A stretch of DNA of 64,000 bases, from the IMG/VR virus record IMGVR_UViG_3300008107_000012; one strand, 5' to 3'. Origin of the DNA: a virus. This document shows, one piece after another, positions 25,453 to 34,826 of this stretch; position 1 is the stretch's first letter, and each line of letters starts with the position of its first letter. Made by a program: the position numbers and the translations under genes. The notes under the pieces were generated by a model, which saw only the letters and a list, made by a program, of their open reading frames with translations, did no database searches and was not told where the DNA came from.

Positions 25453-25710
25453 ATGGAAAACTTAAAAATTAGATGTCGTTCCTGTAATAGGGAATTAGAA
25501 GGACATCCAACAAAAACAATATCGTGTGGTTGCTCAAATATGGCAACAATTCGTGGAGATAAGATTTCAGCACTTGACTTATCTCAAATTGTTATGCTAA
25601 ACTCATTAAAGAAAAATCAAAACAAAGGTGTGTTAACTTCTCAAGATATTGCTTGGCAAGAAGCACGTCGTCAACGTAAAGTAAGACGACTTGATTTTGA
25701 AGTCCGTTGA
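25453..25710 (+). CDS. Small Zn-ribbon hypothetical protein
   Basis: CRSC...CGC. Confidence 0.7.
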   Translation: MENLKIRCRSCNRELEGHPTKTISCGCSNMATIRGDKISALDLSQIVMLNSLKKNQNKGVLTSQDIAWQEARRQRKVRRLDFEVR

Positions 25711-25722
25711 GGACTTAATATT

Positions 25723-25807
25723 GGAAAGGTGGCCGAGTGGTTTAAGGCGTTTGTCTTGAAAACAAAAGAGGTGAAAGCCTCCGGAGGTTCGAATCCTCTC
25801 CTTTCCG
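25723..25807 (+). tRNA. tRNA-Ser(UGA)
   Basis: Loop CT-TGA-AA; long variable arm; G73. Confidence 0.93.
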
Positions 25808-25914
25808 TTTTACTTAAGATTTAATAATTTCTTCAACAGTGTTACGTATTGAACACAAAATGTTGACGATGAAAGTTCCAGAACTAGTATATAGTAGTAC
25901 TACGAATCAAAAAA

Positions 25915-26064
25915 ATGGATCAACACACCTATAATAATTGGGTGAAGATCAAAGAAACTTTTGAGACTTCTGGTAATACAGATAATATGTTCTATAAAAG
26001 AGCAGTTGAGATAGTCAAAACCCGTAGAGATCCTCTTGCAAAATTTCTTGGAGATGAGAAGTGA
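25915..26064 (+). CDS. Small hypothetical protein (MDQHTYNNWVKIK...)
   Basis: Read by hand; promoter-like TTGACG...TAGTAT upstream. Confidence 0.65.
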   Translation: MDQHTYNNWVKIKETFETSGNTDNMFYKRAVEIVKTRRDPLAKFLGDEK

Positions 26065-26264
26065 TGGAACCTCAAGACGAATTTATTACTCGTTCAGAAG
26101 TTCAGGAGATGATTGATGCAGCAATACGACGACACAACCGTAATGCTTCTATCATTAGTATGTGCGTCGGTTGGGTGGTTCTTGCTTTATTTGCTGAAGG
26201 ACTACTGAGACTGATTGGAGTCATTCCACCTTTACTGCCATGGCTCAAAATCACTTTGAACTAA
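26061..26264 (+). CDS. Small membrane protein
   Basis: IDAAIRRHNRNAS followed by a TM helix. Confidence 0.7.
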   Translation: MMEPQDEFITRSEVQEMIDAAIRRHNRNASIISMCVGWVVLALFAEGLLRLIGVIPPLLPWLKITLN

Positions 26265-26419
26265 TAGGTATAGTTTTTCTATTAGTCTTTGCTGCCACGA
26301 TGTTCTATCAGGGAACTTGTATCTTAAGAGGACAACGTGGATACTCTCTTCGTGATTATATGAAACAAGACAGCAACAATATGCGTAAAAGGATAGAAGA
26401 ACTATTAAAGGACAAATGA
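26240..26419 (+). CDS. Small membrane protein (MAQNHFELIGIVFLL...)
   Basis: Read by hand; one of a chain of overlapping small ORFs. Confidence 0.5.
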   Translation: MAQNHFELIGIVFLLVFAATMFYQGTCILRGQRGYSLRDYMKQDSNNMRKRIEELLKDK

Positions 26420-26598
26420 CAGAGGAAGATTTAGAGGAACTACTAAAAAGAGTTTTAGAACAAAAGATGAATGAACTTTTTGAAGAACCTTCTACATACG
26501 AGGACGAAGACGATGAATGACCGCATCTATACAGCACTCACAATTTTTGGTATAATAGGATTGTTAATCATTTGGTCCCTTAATCACGCATATCCACA

Positions 26599-27279
26599 AT
26601 GAGTCAATCAAACATTAATTTAATAGTTGAAAAAATACTCAACAGACTAGGTAAAACTAATATTATTAGTTTGGGAGATTCTCATTCTTATTTCTACAAA
26701 AATATAGATAAAATTGAAATAAAATGGATTGGACCTGCACTTGCGTATAATATTAATAAAGATGTTTCTAGTAATAATACCAAGTCAAAAATTCTTGATA
26801 TTTTAGACCAGAATGATCCATCCAAAACAGCAATTATACTTTCTTTGGGGGAAATAGATTTACGTGTTCATGTTATAAAAAGAGTAGAAATAGAAAATAT
26901 ATCCATTGAAGAATCTTCTATACGAGTTGCAGGAAAATATATTGAAATGATTGAATATATAATTCGAAGAGGATATAAAGTTCTCATAAATGGTCCTCAC
27001 GCTAGCGGTTCTGTTTATGATCCAGTTTTTCCAACTTATGGATCTATGGAAAATCGAAATATTGCAACTTTGGCATTTAATTCTCATTTAGAAAAATATT
27101 GTGAAACAAAAAAAATTCCATTTATTTCCTTATCTGATTTAGTTATAGATCCAAATACATATCAAACTAACCTTGATTTTATTTTAGATGGTTGTCATTT
27201 AAATGCTGCTCCAGAATTACAAGAAATATGTCTTTCTAGATTTCTTAGTAAATTAGAAATTTATAACCCAGAATTATAA
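26599..27279 (+). CDS. SGNH/GDSL-like hydrolase
   Basis: GDSHS, GEID and DGCH motifs. Confidence 0.75.
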   Translation: MSQSNINLIVEKILNRLGKTNIISLGDSHSYFYKNIDKIEIKWIGPALAYNINKDVSSNNTKSKILDILDQNDPSKTAIILSLGEIDLRVHVIKRVEIENISIEESSIRVAGKYIEMIEYIIRRGYKVLINGPHASGSVYDPVFPTYGSMENRNIATLAFNSHLEKYCETKKIPFISLSDLVIDPNTYQTNLDFILDGCHLNAAPELQEICLSRFLSKLEIYNPEL

Positions 27280-27422
27280 AATAATCAGTAAATAGTAATG
27301 ATTTTCCACATCGTAGAAGCACTCGCAGCAAATCCATTTTTCCTTTTCCTCTGCGGGTGCGGGTTGACAATCGTTCCTTTTGCTGGTATTATGTTTATAC
27401 ACCGAACTAAATAATGGTAAAC

Positions 27423-27494
27423 CGGGGTGTAAGTCAGAGGTAGACGGCTTGCTTTGGGAGCAAGAAGACACTGGTTCGATCCCAGTCACCCCGA
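27423..27494 (+). tRNA. tRNA-Pro(UGG), canonical
   Basis: Loop TT-TGG-GA; TTGACA-N17-TATTAT promoter upstream. Confidence 0.93.
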
Positions 27495-27510
27495 CTCATA
27501 AAATCACTTT

Positions 27511-27744
27511 ATGAAAATGAACCAAGAAATCGAAAAACTTCCATCCTTTACAATTGAAGAGTTTCAAGCAGATTTTGATAATCTTATGAATAGAGTAGAA
27601 AACGGAGAAACCCTACTCATTAAAAGTCAACACGGAAATGCAGTAATGGTTCCTTACAAAGAAGTGGTTAGTATATGTAACGAAGCAAATGTGGATCTTG
27701 AAGAGATAGTTAAGATTCACACAGACCACGAAGAAGGGTCTTGA
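27511..27744 (+). CDS. Phd/YefM-like antitoxin-fold protein (orphan)
   Basis: FTIEEFQADFDNLMNRVENGETLLIK..G.AVMVP matches the Phd N-terminal pattern. Confidence 0.6.
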   Translation: MKMNQEIEKLPSFTIEEFQADFDNLMNRVENGETLLIKSQHGNAVMVPYKEVVSICNEANVDLEEIVKIHTDHEEGS

Positions 27745-27782
27745 CGAAGGGTTCCAAATCTCCTAAAATGATTTGGTCTTAA

Positions 27783-27854
27783 GGGACCGTTGCTTATTGG
27801 TTAAAGCCGTCGCCTTATAAGCGGCAGAACCGAGTTCAATTCTCGGCGGTCCTA
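27783..27854 (+). tRNA. tRNA-Ile(UAU)
   Basis: Loop CT-TAT-AA. Confidence 0.88.
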
Positions 27855-27880
27855 CTTACTCATAACTTTAATAAATAGTT

Positions 27881-28288
27881 ATGAGTTATATACAACTTAA
27901 TATGCCACGAAAAAGAAAAACATCAGCAGATTGCGATTTAATACGAGAGTATCAACGCAACTGGCTAAGAGATAAACTTAAAAATGATCCAGAGTACAAA
28001 GAAAGACACTATGCAAATAAACAAAAAAGAGCAGAAACAAATAGAAAACTTTTAAAAGAGTTAAAAGAAAATTCTCCTTGTTCTGCTTGTGGGGAGTATC
28101 ATCCAACTTGCTGTATGGATCATCATCATTTAGACCCTTCTGTAAAAGAAAAACAAGTTTCTAAAATGATTGAAGCAAACTCTTGGACTAAAATTCAACA
28201 AGAGATTGAAAAGTGTATTTTAGTATGCTCTAACTGCCATCGTAAAATACACGCTGGTTTATTAACGCTCGTTTACCCATCTGGTTGA
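27881..28288 (+). CDS. Free-standing HNH endonuclease
   Basis: CSACG...DHHH...CILVCSNCHRKIH; same subfamily as 23088-23444. Confidence 0.85.
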   Translation: MSYIQLNMPRKRKTSADCDLIREYQRNWLRDKLKNDPEYKERHYANKQKRAETNRKLLKELKENSPCSACGEYHPTCCMDHHHLDPSVKEKQVSKMIEANSWTKIQQEIEKCILVCSNCHRKIHAGLLTLVYPSG

Positions 28289-28340
28289 AGGGACCGATCT
28301 CATAAATCGGCAGAGGTCAGTTCAATCCTGACAACGAGCA
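28267..28340 (+). tRNA. tRNA with CAU anticodon (Met or lysidine-Ile2)
   Basis: Loop CT-CAT-AA; 5' end overlaps the end of the HNH ORF. Confidence 0.85.
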
Positions 28341-28416
28341 CTGGACACTTACCAAAGCGTCCTACTTGACTTTCAAACATCAACACACTATAATAACAAG
28401 GTCAACAATCAAAACA

Positions 28417-28632
28417 ATGACTCTCACTTCTAAATTCAAGAAAGACGTTCAAACCCTTCGTGGTGCAGCAAATGGTGATTTCTACCTTGATGTAAAGAAC
28501 CCGAAACTCTACAAAAAGGTTCGCCGTTACTATGAAAATGAAGGTGTAGTGTTCTCTGGTGATCCTCTTGATGACTACGAAATGCTTATGGAATATGTTC
28601 TTGCCGATCTTGAGTCTGTCGAGGTTGCATAA
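28417..28632 (+). CDS. Conserved cyanophage hypothetical protein
   Basis: LDVKNPKLYKKVRRYYENEGV; TTGACT-N17-TATAAT upstream. Confidence 0.75.
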   Translation: MTLTSKFKKDVQTLRGAANGDFYLDVKNPKLYKKVRRYYENEGVVFSGDPLDDYEMLMEYVLADLESVEVA

Positions 28633-28687
28633 TTAGTTAAATAGTCACGGATGGACTTTAACAGCACTGGTCGGGAGCAAACCCCTA

Positions 28688-28924
28688 ATGTCAAAAACAA
28701 GTATCTTGCGATATCTTGGAAACCTTCTCCTTATAATTGGTTATCAAACTATGTTGTGGGGAGATTTTAAATATGGTTTAATGTTAAAAGTTGTTGGGGG
28801 ATTACTCACAGTACCTTTTGCGATTAAACTTAAACTTTGGGATGTATTATTTCTATGTGCTTTCTTTGGTATTTCCGAGATATCAAAGTTATCCCAACTT
28901 TTCTTTAGTCCTGGAATGACTTAA
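28688..28924 (+). CDS. Small membrane protein (about 3 TM helices)
   Basis: Hydrophobic ORF lying between two copies of an RNA module. Confidence 0.65.
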   Translation: MSKTSILRYLGNLLLIIGYQTMLWGDFKYGLMLKVVGGLLTVPFAIKLKLWDVLFLCAFFGISEISKLSQLFFSPGMT

Positions 28925-29050
28925 AACTTATACTGGTGGAGTCAAATATGACCCTGTTTGGTTTCTTGCTTCCTCAAAGAGCAAGTGGTGCGGATGGGAC
29001 TCTCTCCCGCCTGGTTTCCAATTTCCAGTCAAAGAATTGGTGGCGTGCAT
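28906..29050 (+). ncRNA. Cyanophage structured RNA, manA-type (wcaG-type as alternative)
   Basis: Series of hairpins with repeated TGGYG, next to tRNAs and upstream of sugar genes. Family assignment is from memory. Confidence 0.6.
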
Positions 29051-29061
29051 GAAAGACCTAT

Positions 29062-29089
29062 AGGAGAGTTGCATAAACTCTCCTTTTTT
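29062..29089 (+). terminator. Rho-independent terminator
   Basis: AGGAGAGTT-GCATA-AACTCTCCT followed by a T run. Confidence 0.8.
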
Positions 29090-29118
29090 AGTATAATAAA
29101 ATAATAATAAAAAAATTT

Positions 29119-29902
29119 ATGAAACCTACTATTGAAGAAGTAAAAACTTTTTGGGATAATAGACCTTGTAATGTAAATCATTCTAAAAAAAAATCGCACT
29201 TCAAAAGAATACTTTGATGAAGTAGAGAATAAAAAGTTTTTTGTAGAACCTCATATAAAGTCTTTTTCTAAATTTAATGAATGGAATGGAAAAAAAGTTT
29301 TAGAAATAGGTTGTGGACTAGCAACTGCTGGAATTAATTTTGCTAGATATGGGGCAGAATATACAGGGGTAGAACTTTCAGGGGAAAGCCTTGAACTAGC
29401 AAAAAAGAGATTTGAAGTTTATAATCAACGGGGAGAATTTTATCAAGGAAATGCAGAAAATCTTTCTGACTTTCTTCCGAAAGAAAATTATCATTTGGTT
29501 TATTCTTGGGGAGTAATCCACCATACTCCACATCCCGAAAAAGTAATCAAAGAAGTTAGTAAGTATATGAGTAAGGATGGTGTATTTAAGTTGATGATGT
29601 ATGCATCTGAGTCCTGGAAGAATTATATGATTAGTATTGGACTCGATCAACCAGAAGCACAATATGGATGTCCTATTGCTTATACATATACTGAAGAAGA
29701 AATTTATGATTTACTTTCAAAAGATTTTGATGTAATTTCTATAGAAAGAGATCATATTTTTCCTTATCAAATTGAACCATACAAGGAAGGAAAATATATA
29801 AAACAACCTTGGTTTGAAGTTATGCCTGATGAGATGTTTAAAGTTTTAGAAAAAAAATTGGGATGGCATTTATTAATTACAGCGAAACTTAAAGGAGAAT
29901 GA
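29119..29902 (+). pseudogene. Class I SAM methyltransferase split by a frameshift in an A9 run
   Basis: MKPTIEEVKTFW... stops at 29217; the +1 frame continues SKEYFDE...VLEIGCG...YSWGVIHH. Confidence 0.75.
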
Positions 29903-31071
29903 GTATGAAGATTGGAGTAATTGGAGCTGGGAGACTTGGAATTTGTTTTGCTCTTCTATGTGAAGCAGCAGGATATGATGTTTTAGTTTCTGATATTAGA
30001 GAAGATTATGTTAATGGTCTAAATGACCGTAAGATCACTACAAATGAACCAGAAGTAGAAAACCTTCTTCGTGTTGCTAAAAACTTTAGAGCGACTACAG
30101 ATAATAAAGAAGTAATTCGTGAGTGTGATTTAATTTACACACTTGTCGCAACTCCTTCACTTGAGGATGGTTCTTATGATGTTTCTGCTATTTGGAGTGT
30201 AGTAGAAGATATTAAAGAAGAAATCGAAGTAAATCCAAAGAAAAAATATTTTGTTGTTGGATGTACTACTAATCCTGGTGACTGTGAAAACTTTAAAAAG
30301 CAACTTCCTTCCTGTGTAAGTGTCTTCTACAATCCAGAATTTATCGCACAAGGATCTATTATTAACGATCTTCGTACCGCTGATATGGTTCTTTTGGGGA
30401 CAAATCCTTTTGAAGATAATGACAGAATTGTATCTGAGATTAAAAAGTTGTATGATAAAATCCAGACTACTCGTGCAATAGTATGTACGATGTCAACAAC
30501 CGCAGCAGAAATAACTAAGATTGCAATTAACTGTTTCCTGACGACTAAAATTAGTTACGCAAATATGCTTGGTGATGTTCTTCATCATTCTGGTTGTGGG
30601 GATGAAGTTTCTGCTGTTCTGAGTGCTGTAGGAACTGATAGTAGAATTGGCAGAAAGTATCTTGGATATGGATTTGGTTATGGTGGTCCTTGTCTTCCAA
30701 GGGATAATAGATCCTTTGCTGCATTTGCTAAAAGGGTTGGACTGGAGTATAATTTAGGATCAGTAACTGATGAAATTAATAATCAACACGCAGGATTTAT
30801 TTGCGATTATTATGAAAAAATGAATTCTGATAGAAAACCTTTCTATTTTGAATATATCACTTACAAGAAAGGAACTGATATTCTTACTGAAAGTCAGCAA
30901 TATCGTTTATGTATTGATTTACTAGATCGAGGACATACTGTTTACATTCTTAATGATAGTAGAGTTACTCCTCAAGTCTGTGATTACTTGATGGGAAAGT
31001 ATGGGGAAAAGGTTAAATTTGTTGATGATAAAAAATATGTTATTGAACCAATTTTTATTGTAAATCTATGA
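29899..31071 (+). CDS. UDP-glucose/GDP-mannose 6-dehydrogenase family
   Basis: GAGRLG, NPEF and GYGGPCLPRD motifs. Confidence 0.9.
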   Translation: MSMKIGVIGAGRLGICFALLCEAAGYDVLVSDIREDYVNGLNDRKITTNEPEVENLLRVAKNFRATTDNKEVIRECDLIYTLVATPSLEDGSYDVSAIWSVVEDIKEEIEVNPKKKYFVVGCTTNPGDCENFKKQLPSCVSVFYNPEFIAQGSIINDLRTADMVLLGTNPFEDNDRIVSEIKKLYDKIQTTRAIVCTMSTTAAEITKIAINCFLTTKISYANMLGDVLHHSGCGDEVSAVLSAVGTDSRIGRKYLGYGFGYGGPCLPRDNRSFAAFAKRVGLEYNLGSVTDEINNQHAGFICDYYEKMNSDRKPFYFEYITYKKGTDILTESQQYRLCIDLLDRGHTVYILNDSRVTPQVCDYLMGKYGEKVKFVDDKKYVIEPIFIVNL

Positions 31072-31793
31072 CAACAAATAGTATTAGTTTTCCTTATGTA
31101 AATGGAACTGAAATTCCAGTATCTGAAAACTGCTTATATCTAAATTCATCCTGGGTTCATTCATCAAAAGATGGTAAGTGGGATACGCATTTTGTTTGGG
31201 AACTAAATGTAATTCAAAAATTTGTAGATCAAATTCAAGATAATTTTGTTATTTTGGATATTGGAGCAAATAATGGATCATTTTCACTCGCAGCAAAATT
31301 TTATCCAACTACTCATTGGTTTTGTTTTGAACCAGACTCTTGGACTTGTGATAATCTTAGAGAAAATTTAATTCTCAATGATATAGAAAATGTATTCATA
31401 AGTGAATATGCATTATCAGATAAAGTTGGAGAATCTATTTTAAATATATGTCATTCTCACAGAGGACTTAATACCCTTGGCAAAAATATCGTGAGATTTA
31501 ATAAAGAAGATTCTTATGAGTATTCGGTAAAAACCACTACTATTGACAGTTTATTTCTTAACAAAAGAATAGATTTAATCAAAATAGACACGGAAGGATC
31601 AGAATATGATATAATTAAAGGAGGATTTGAAACAATAAAAAAATACAGACCAAAAATTTTACTTGAATATAATCCAAACAATATAGAACAGTGTGGGCAC
31701 AGTCTAGAACAATTAAATTCTCTTATTGAAGACTTAAATTATGAAATTTTTTGGTCGGATGGTCGAGAAAATATATTTATTCAGTCGAGGTAA
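31068..31793 (+). CDS. FkbM-family methyltransferase
   Basis: LDIGANNG, FEP and KIDTEGSE motifs. Confidence 0.88.
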   Translation: MTTNSISFPYVNGTEIPVSENCLYLNSSWVHSSKDGKWDTHFVWELNVIQKFVDQIQDNFVILDIGANNGSFSLAAKFYPTTHWFCFEPDSWTCDNLRENLILNDIENVFISEYALSDKVGESILNICHSHRGLNTLGKNIVRFNKEDSYEYSVKTTTIDSLFLNKRIDLIKIDTEGSEYDIIKGGFETIKKYRPKILLEYNPNNIEQCGHSLEQLNSLIEDLNYEIFWSDGRENIFIQSR

Positions 31794-31796
31794 ATT

Positions 31797-32897
31797 GTGA
31801 TTAAACATTTGAATGTAAAAAATTTAGATGAAATTAAAAATATTTTAGATAGTATTAATACCGAACAATATTCTTTGGTTAATTATGTTTGGACTGAATA
31901 TGGATTTTATCCAACATTTTTTAATGAACTTTTTATTGAGTTTTTTAAAAATGTAAAAAGACCAATTATAGGATTTTGTTTTCCTGGACAAGAAGTATTT
32001 TACGAACCTCATGTAGATATTCTTGTTACCCTAACAAATTTTATTGATACAACTAAGGCTTATAAAAATAGCCAAGAAACTGAACTTCTTTTAAATAATT
32101 TCCAGTCAATTCCTGATAGAGGAATTGCTTTTTGGTACACCCTTAGAAATTTTGATGAAGACTTATATCAAGAATTGTTTTCTAAGTATGAGTTTCGGAA
32201 TATTTTATATCCAATTGGAAAAGATCTTCATTGGAAATTGGGATGGCCTCCTGGTCCAGGATATAAGTATGCTGAAGGTGTTGATGGGGAATGGTATTTT
32301 CCATCTTGCAAATATTATGAACAGGGAGTTCAGTATTATGATCTTGATTTATGGAATCCCAAGTTCTCGAAGTGTGATAATTTAAATATTGGCAAATATA
32401 ATACGTTTTTTGTCAAAAATAGTTGGAAGACTAGAAATTTTAGATCGGAAGATATTAATGAATTCTTAGTTGGTAATAATGGAATTTCTGGAAATTTTGC
32501 ACTTGGGAGTGTTGAATTTGATTTATATGCTAAGGTTATTAATTTTCATATAAAAAATAAAATTAATTTAGTTATAATTAATGATCTTGTTAAGTTTCCT
32601 GTTGTTGAAAATGAATACATAACCTATATTGATATGGTCGGATTTTTAGATGTTAAATTATTTTTGACGATAGTAGATAATTCCGATAATTTTATAAACA
32701 CTGGTACAAGTCCTGGAGATTTAGCTGCGTATTATTGCAATACAAATCAAGTAATTGTTGGAGATGAGTTTATTCAAAATAGAACTCAATTTTCTGACGT
32801 TATTCTTGGAAAGAGAAATAAAAAAGTTTTTAGATTTCATAAAGAAACCAGAAATTATGAAGAACTATTTTTATTTCTAAATGAAAATTCTTTGTGA
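31797..32897 (+). CDS. Hypothetical protein, possibly glycosyltransferase-related
   Basis: Long ORF in the glycan island; no motif recognised. Confidence 0.55.
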   Translation: MIKHLNVKNLDEIKNILDSINTEQYSLVNYVWTEYGFYPTFFNELFIEFFKNVKRPIIGFCFPGQEVFYEPHVDILVTLTNFIDTTKAYKNSQETELLLNNFQSIPDRGIAFWYTLRNFDEDLYQELFSKYEFRNILYPIGKDLHWKLGWPPGPGYKYAEGVDGEWYFPSCKYYEQGVQYYDLDLWNPKFSKCDNLNIGKYNTFFVKNSWKTRNFRSEDINEFLVGNNGISGNFALGSVEFDLYAKVINFHIKNKINLVIINDLVKFPVVENEYITYIDMVGFLDVKLFLTIVDNSDNFINTGTSPGDLAAYYCNTNQVIVGDEFIQNRTQFSDVILGKRNKKVFRFHKETRNYEELFLFLNENSL

Positions 32898-32905
32898 GTC
32901 TAAAC

Positions 32906-33910
32906 ATGAAAATAGCATTAATAACGGGTATTACGGGTCAAGATGGATCTTATCTTGCAGAATTTCTTTTAGATAAAGGATATGAAGTTCATGGAATTAT
33001 TCGTCGTTCTTCGATGATTAATACTGATAGAATCGATCATATTTTTAATAGAATTAAACTTCATTACGGTGATCTTAGTGATTCTACTAATATAATTCGA
33101 GTAGTTCGAGACGTTCAACCTGATGAAATTTATAATCTTGGTGCTCAAAGTCACGTAAAAGTTTCTTTTGAAACTCCTGAATATACAGGTCAAGTTGATG
33201 CTTTAGGAACTCTTCGTGTTCTAGAAGCAGTTCGTCTTCTTGGTTTAGATAAAAAAGTTAGAATTTACCAAGCATCTACTTCTGAGATGTTTGGTAAGGT
33301 ACAAGAGATTCCTCAGAAAGAGACTACTTCATTTTATCCACGTTCTCCTTATGGTTGTGCCAAACTTTATGCATATTGGACTACCAGAAATTATCGTGAA
33401 GCATATGGAATATATGCCTGCTCTGGAATCCTCTTCAATCATGAATCTCCAAGAAGAGGAGAGACATTTGTAACTCGTAAGATTACCCGAGGTCTCAAGG
33501 CAATGTCTGAGGGTAGGCAAACCGTTCTTAAACTTGGCAACCTGAACGCAAAACGTGACTGGGGACATGCTAAGGACTTTGTAGAAGCAATGTGGTTAAT
33601 GCTCCAGCAAGATGAACCTGATGATTATGTAATTGCAACTGGAGAACAATATTCTGTTCGTGAATTTGTTGAAGAAGCAGCACCTTACTTTGGTATGGAT
33701 ATTGAATGGCAGAATGACATTTATGGTAATGAAGTTGGTATGGATAAAAATACTGGACTTGTAAGAGTCATTGTTAATGAGAAATACTTTAGACCTGCTG
33801 AAGTTGATACCTTATTGGGTGATGCATCTAAAGCAAAGGCAAAATTAGGATGGGAACCTAGAACTTCTTTTAAAGAACTTGTTAAAGATATGTGTCTCAA
33901 TGAAAAATGA
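32906..33910 (+). CDS. gmd: GDP-mannose 4,6-dehydratase
   Basis: [25 protein letters not shown] and NHESPRRG motifs. Confidence 0.96.
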   Translation: MKIALITGITGQDGSYLAEFLLDKGYEVHGIIRRSSMINTDRIDHIFNRIKLHYGDLSDSTNIIRVVRDVQPDEIYNLGAQSHVKVSFETPEYTGQVDALGTLRVLEAVRLLGLDKKVRIYQASTSEMFGKVQEIPQKETTSFYPRSPYGCAKLYAYWTTRNYREAYGIYACSGILFNHESPRRGETFVTRKITRGLKAMSEGRQTVLKLGNLNAKRDWGHAKDFVEAMWLMLQQDEPDDYVIATGEQYSVREFVEEAAPYFGMDIEWQNDIYGNEVGMDKNTGLVRVIVNEKYFRPAEVDTLLGDASKAKAKLGWEPRTSFKELVKDMCLNEK

Positions 33911-34826
33911 TTCTAGGATATTAGTTGCTGGTGCTAACGGAATGGTTGGATCTGCAATCGTAAGAAACCTTGAAAGTGAAGGTTATACGAATATTATAAA
34001 GGGGACTCGTCATCTTATAGATTTTACAGATCAAGAAGAAACTGATTCTTTCTTTAGACTTGCAAGACCTGAATATGTATTTTTAACTGCTGCAAAGTGT
34101 GGTGGAATATTGGATAATATTAACAATCCGGTGAATTATTTGTTGGATAATCTAAACATTCAAAATAATGTAATTTCATCTTCTCATAAGTATGGTGTTA
34201 ATAAGTTAATGTTTTTTGCTTCTTCCTGTGTTTATCCTAAAGAAAGTCCTATGCCCATAAAAGAAGAAAGTCTAATGATGGGTAACTTTGAAAAAACGCA
34301 CGAGTTTTATTCGATTGCTAAAGTGTCTGGTATTAAACTTTGTGAGGCATATAGAAAACAATATGGATCTAATTTTATTTCTGTGAATCCTTGTAATATT
34401 TACGGTATAGAAAACAAAATTGATTCTCCTAACGCACATGTAATGTCTAGTTTGATTTATAAAATTTGGAAAGCAAAGAGAGATAACATTCCTCAGATTG
34501 AATGTTTTGGTGATGGATCTCCTAAAAGAGAATTTTTATATTCCGATGATCTTGCTGATGCTGCAATTTTTCTAATGACTCAAAAAACAGATTCGTTTAT
34601 TAATATTGGCACTGGTATTGAAACTAGTATTGTGGAGATAGTTGACTTGATTTGCAATATCATCGGATATGATGGTAAAATAGTGTGGGATACTTCAAAA
34701 CCAAATGGAGCAGCAAGAAGAGTTCTTGATGTTAGTAACTTAAACTCTTTGGGGTGGAAACCAAAGACTTCTTTGAAAGAAGGTATTGAAAAAATTGTTG
34801 ATTATTTAAATAGGAATTATGTCTAA
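33900..34826 (+). CDS. GDP-L-fucose/colitose synthase (Fcl/WcaG/ColC family)
   Basis: [18 protein letters not shown] and [10 protein letters not shown] motifs. Confidence 0.88.
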   Translation: MKNDSRILVAGANGMVGSAIVRNLESEGYTNIIKGTRHLIDFTDQEETDSFFRLARPEYVFLTAAKCGGILDNINNPVNYLLDNLNIQNNVISSSHKYGVNKLMFFASSCVYPKESPMPIKEESLMMGNFEKTHEFYSIAKVSGIKLCEAYRKQYGSNFISVNPCNIYGIENKIDSPNAHVMSSLIYKIWKAKRDNIPQIECFGDGSPKREFLYSDDLADAAIFLMTQKTDSFINIGTGIETSIVEIVDLICNIIGYDGKIVWDTSKPNGAARRVLDVSNLNSLGWKPKTSLKEGIEKIVDYLNRNYV

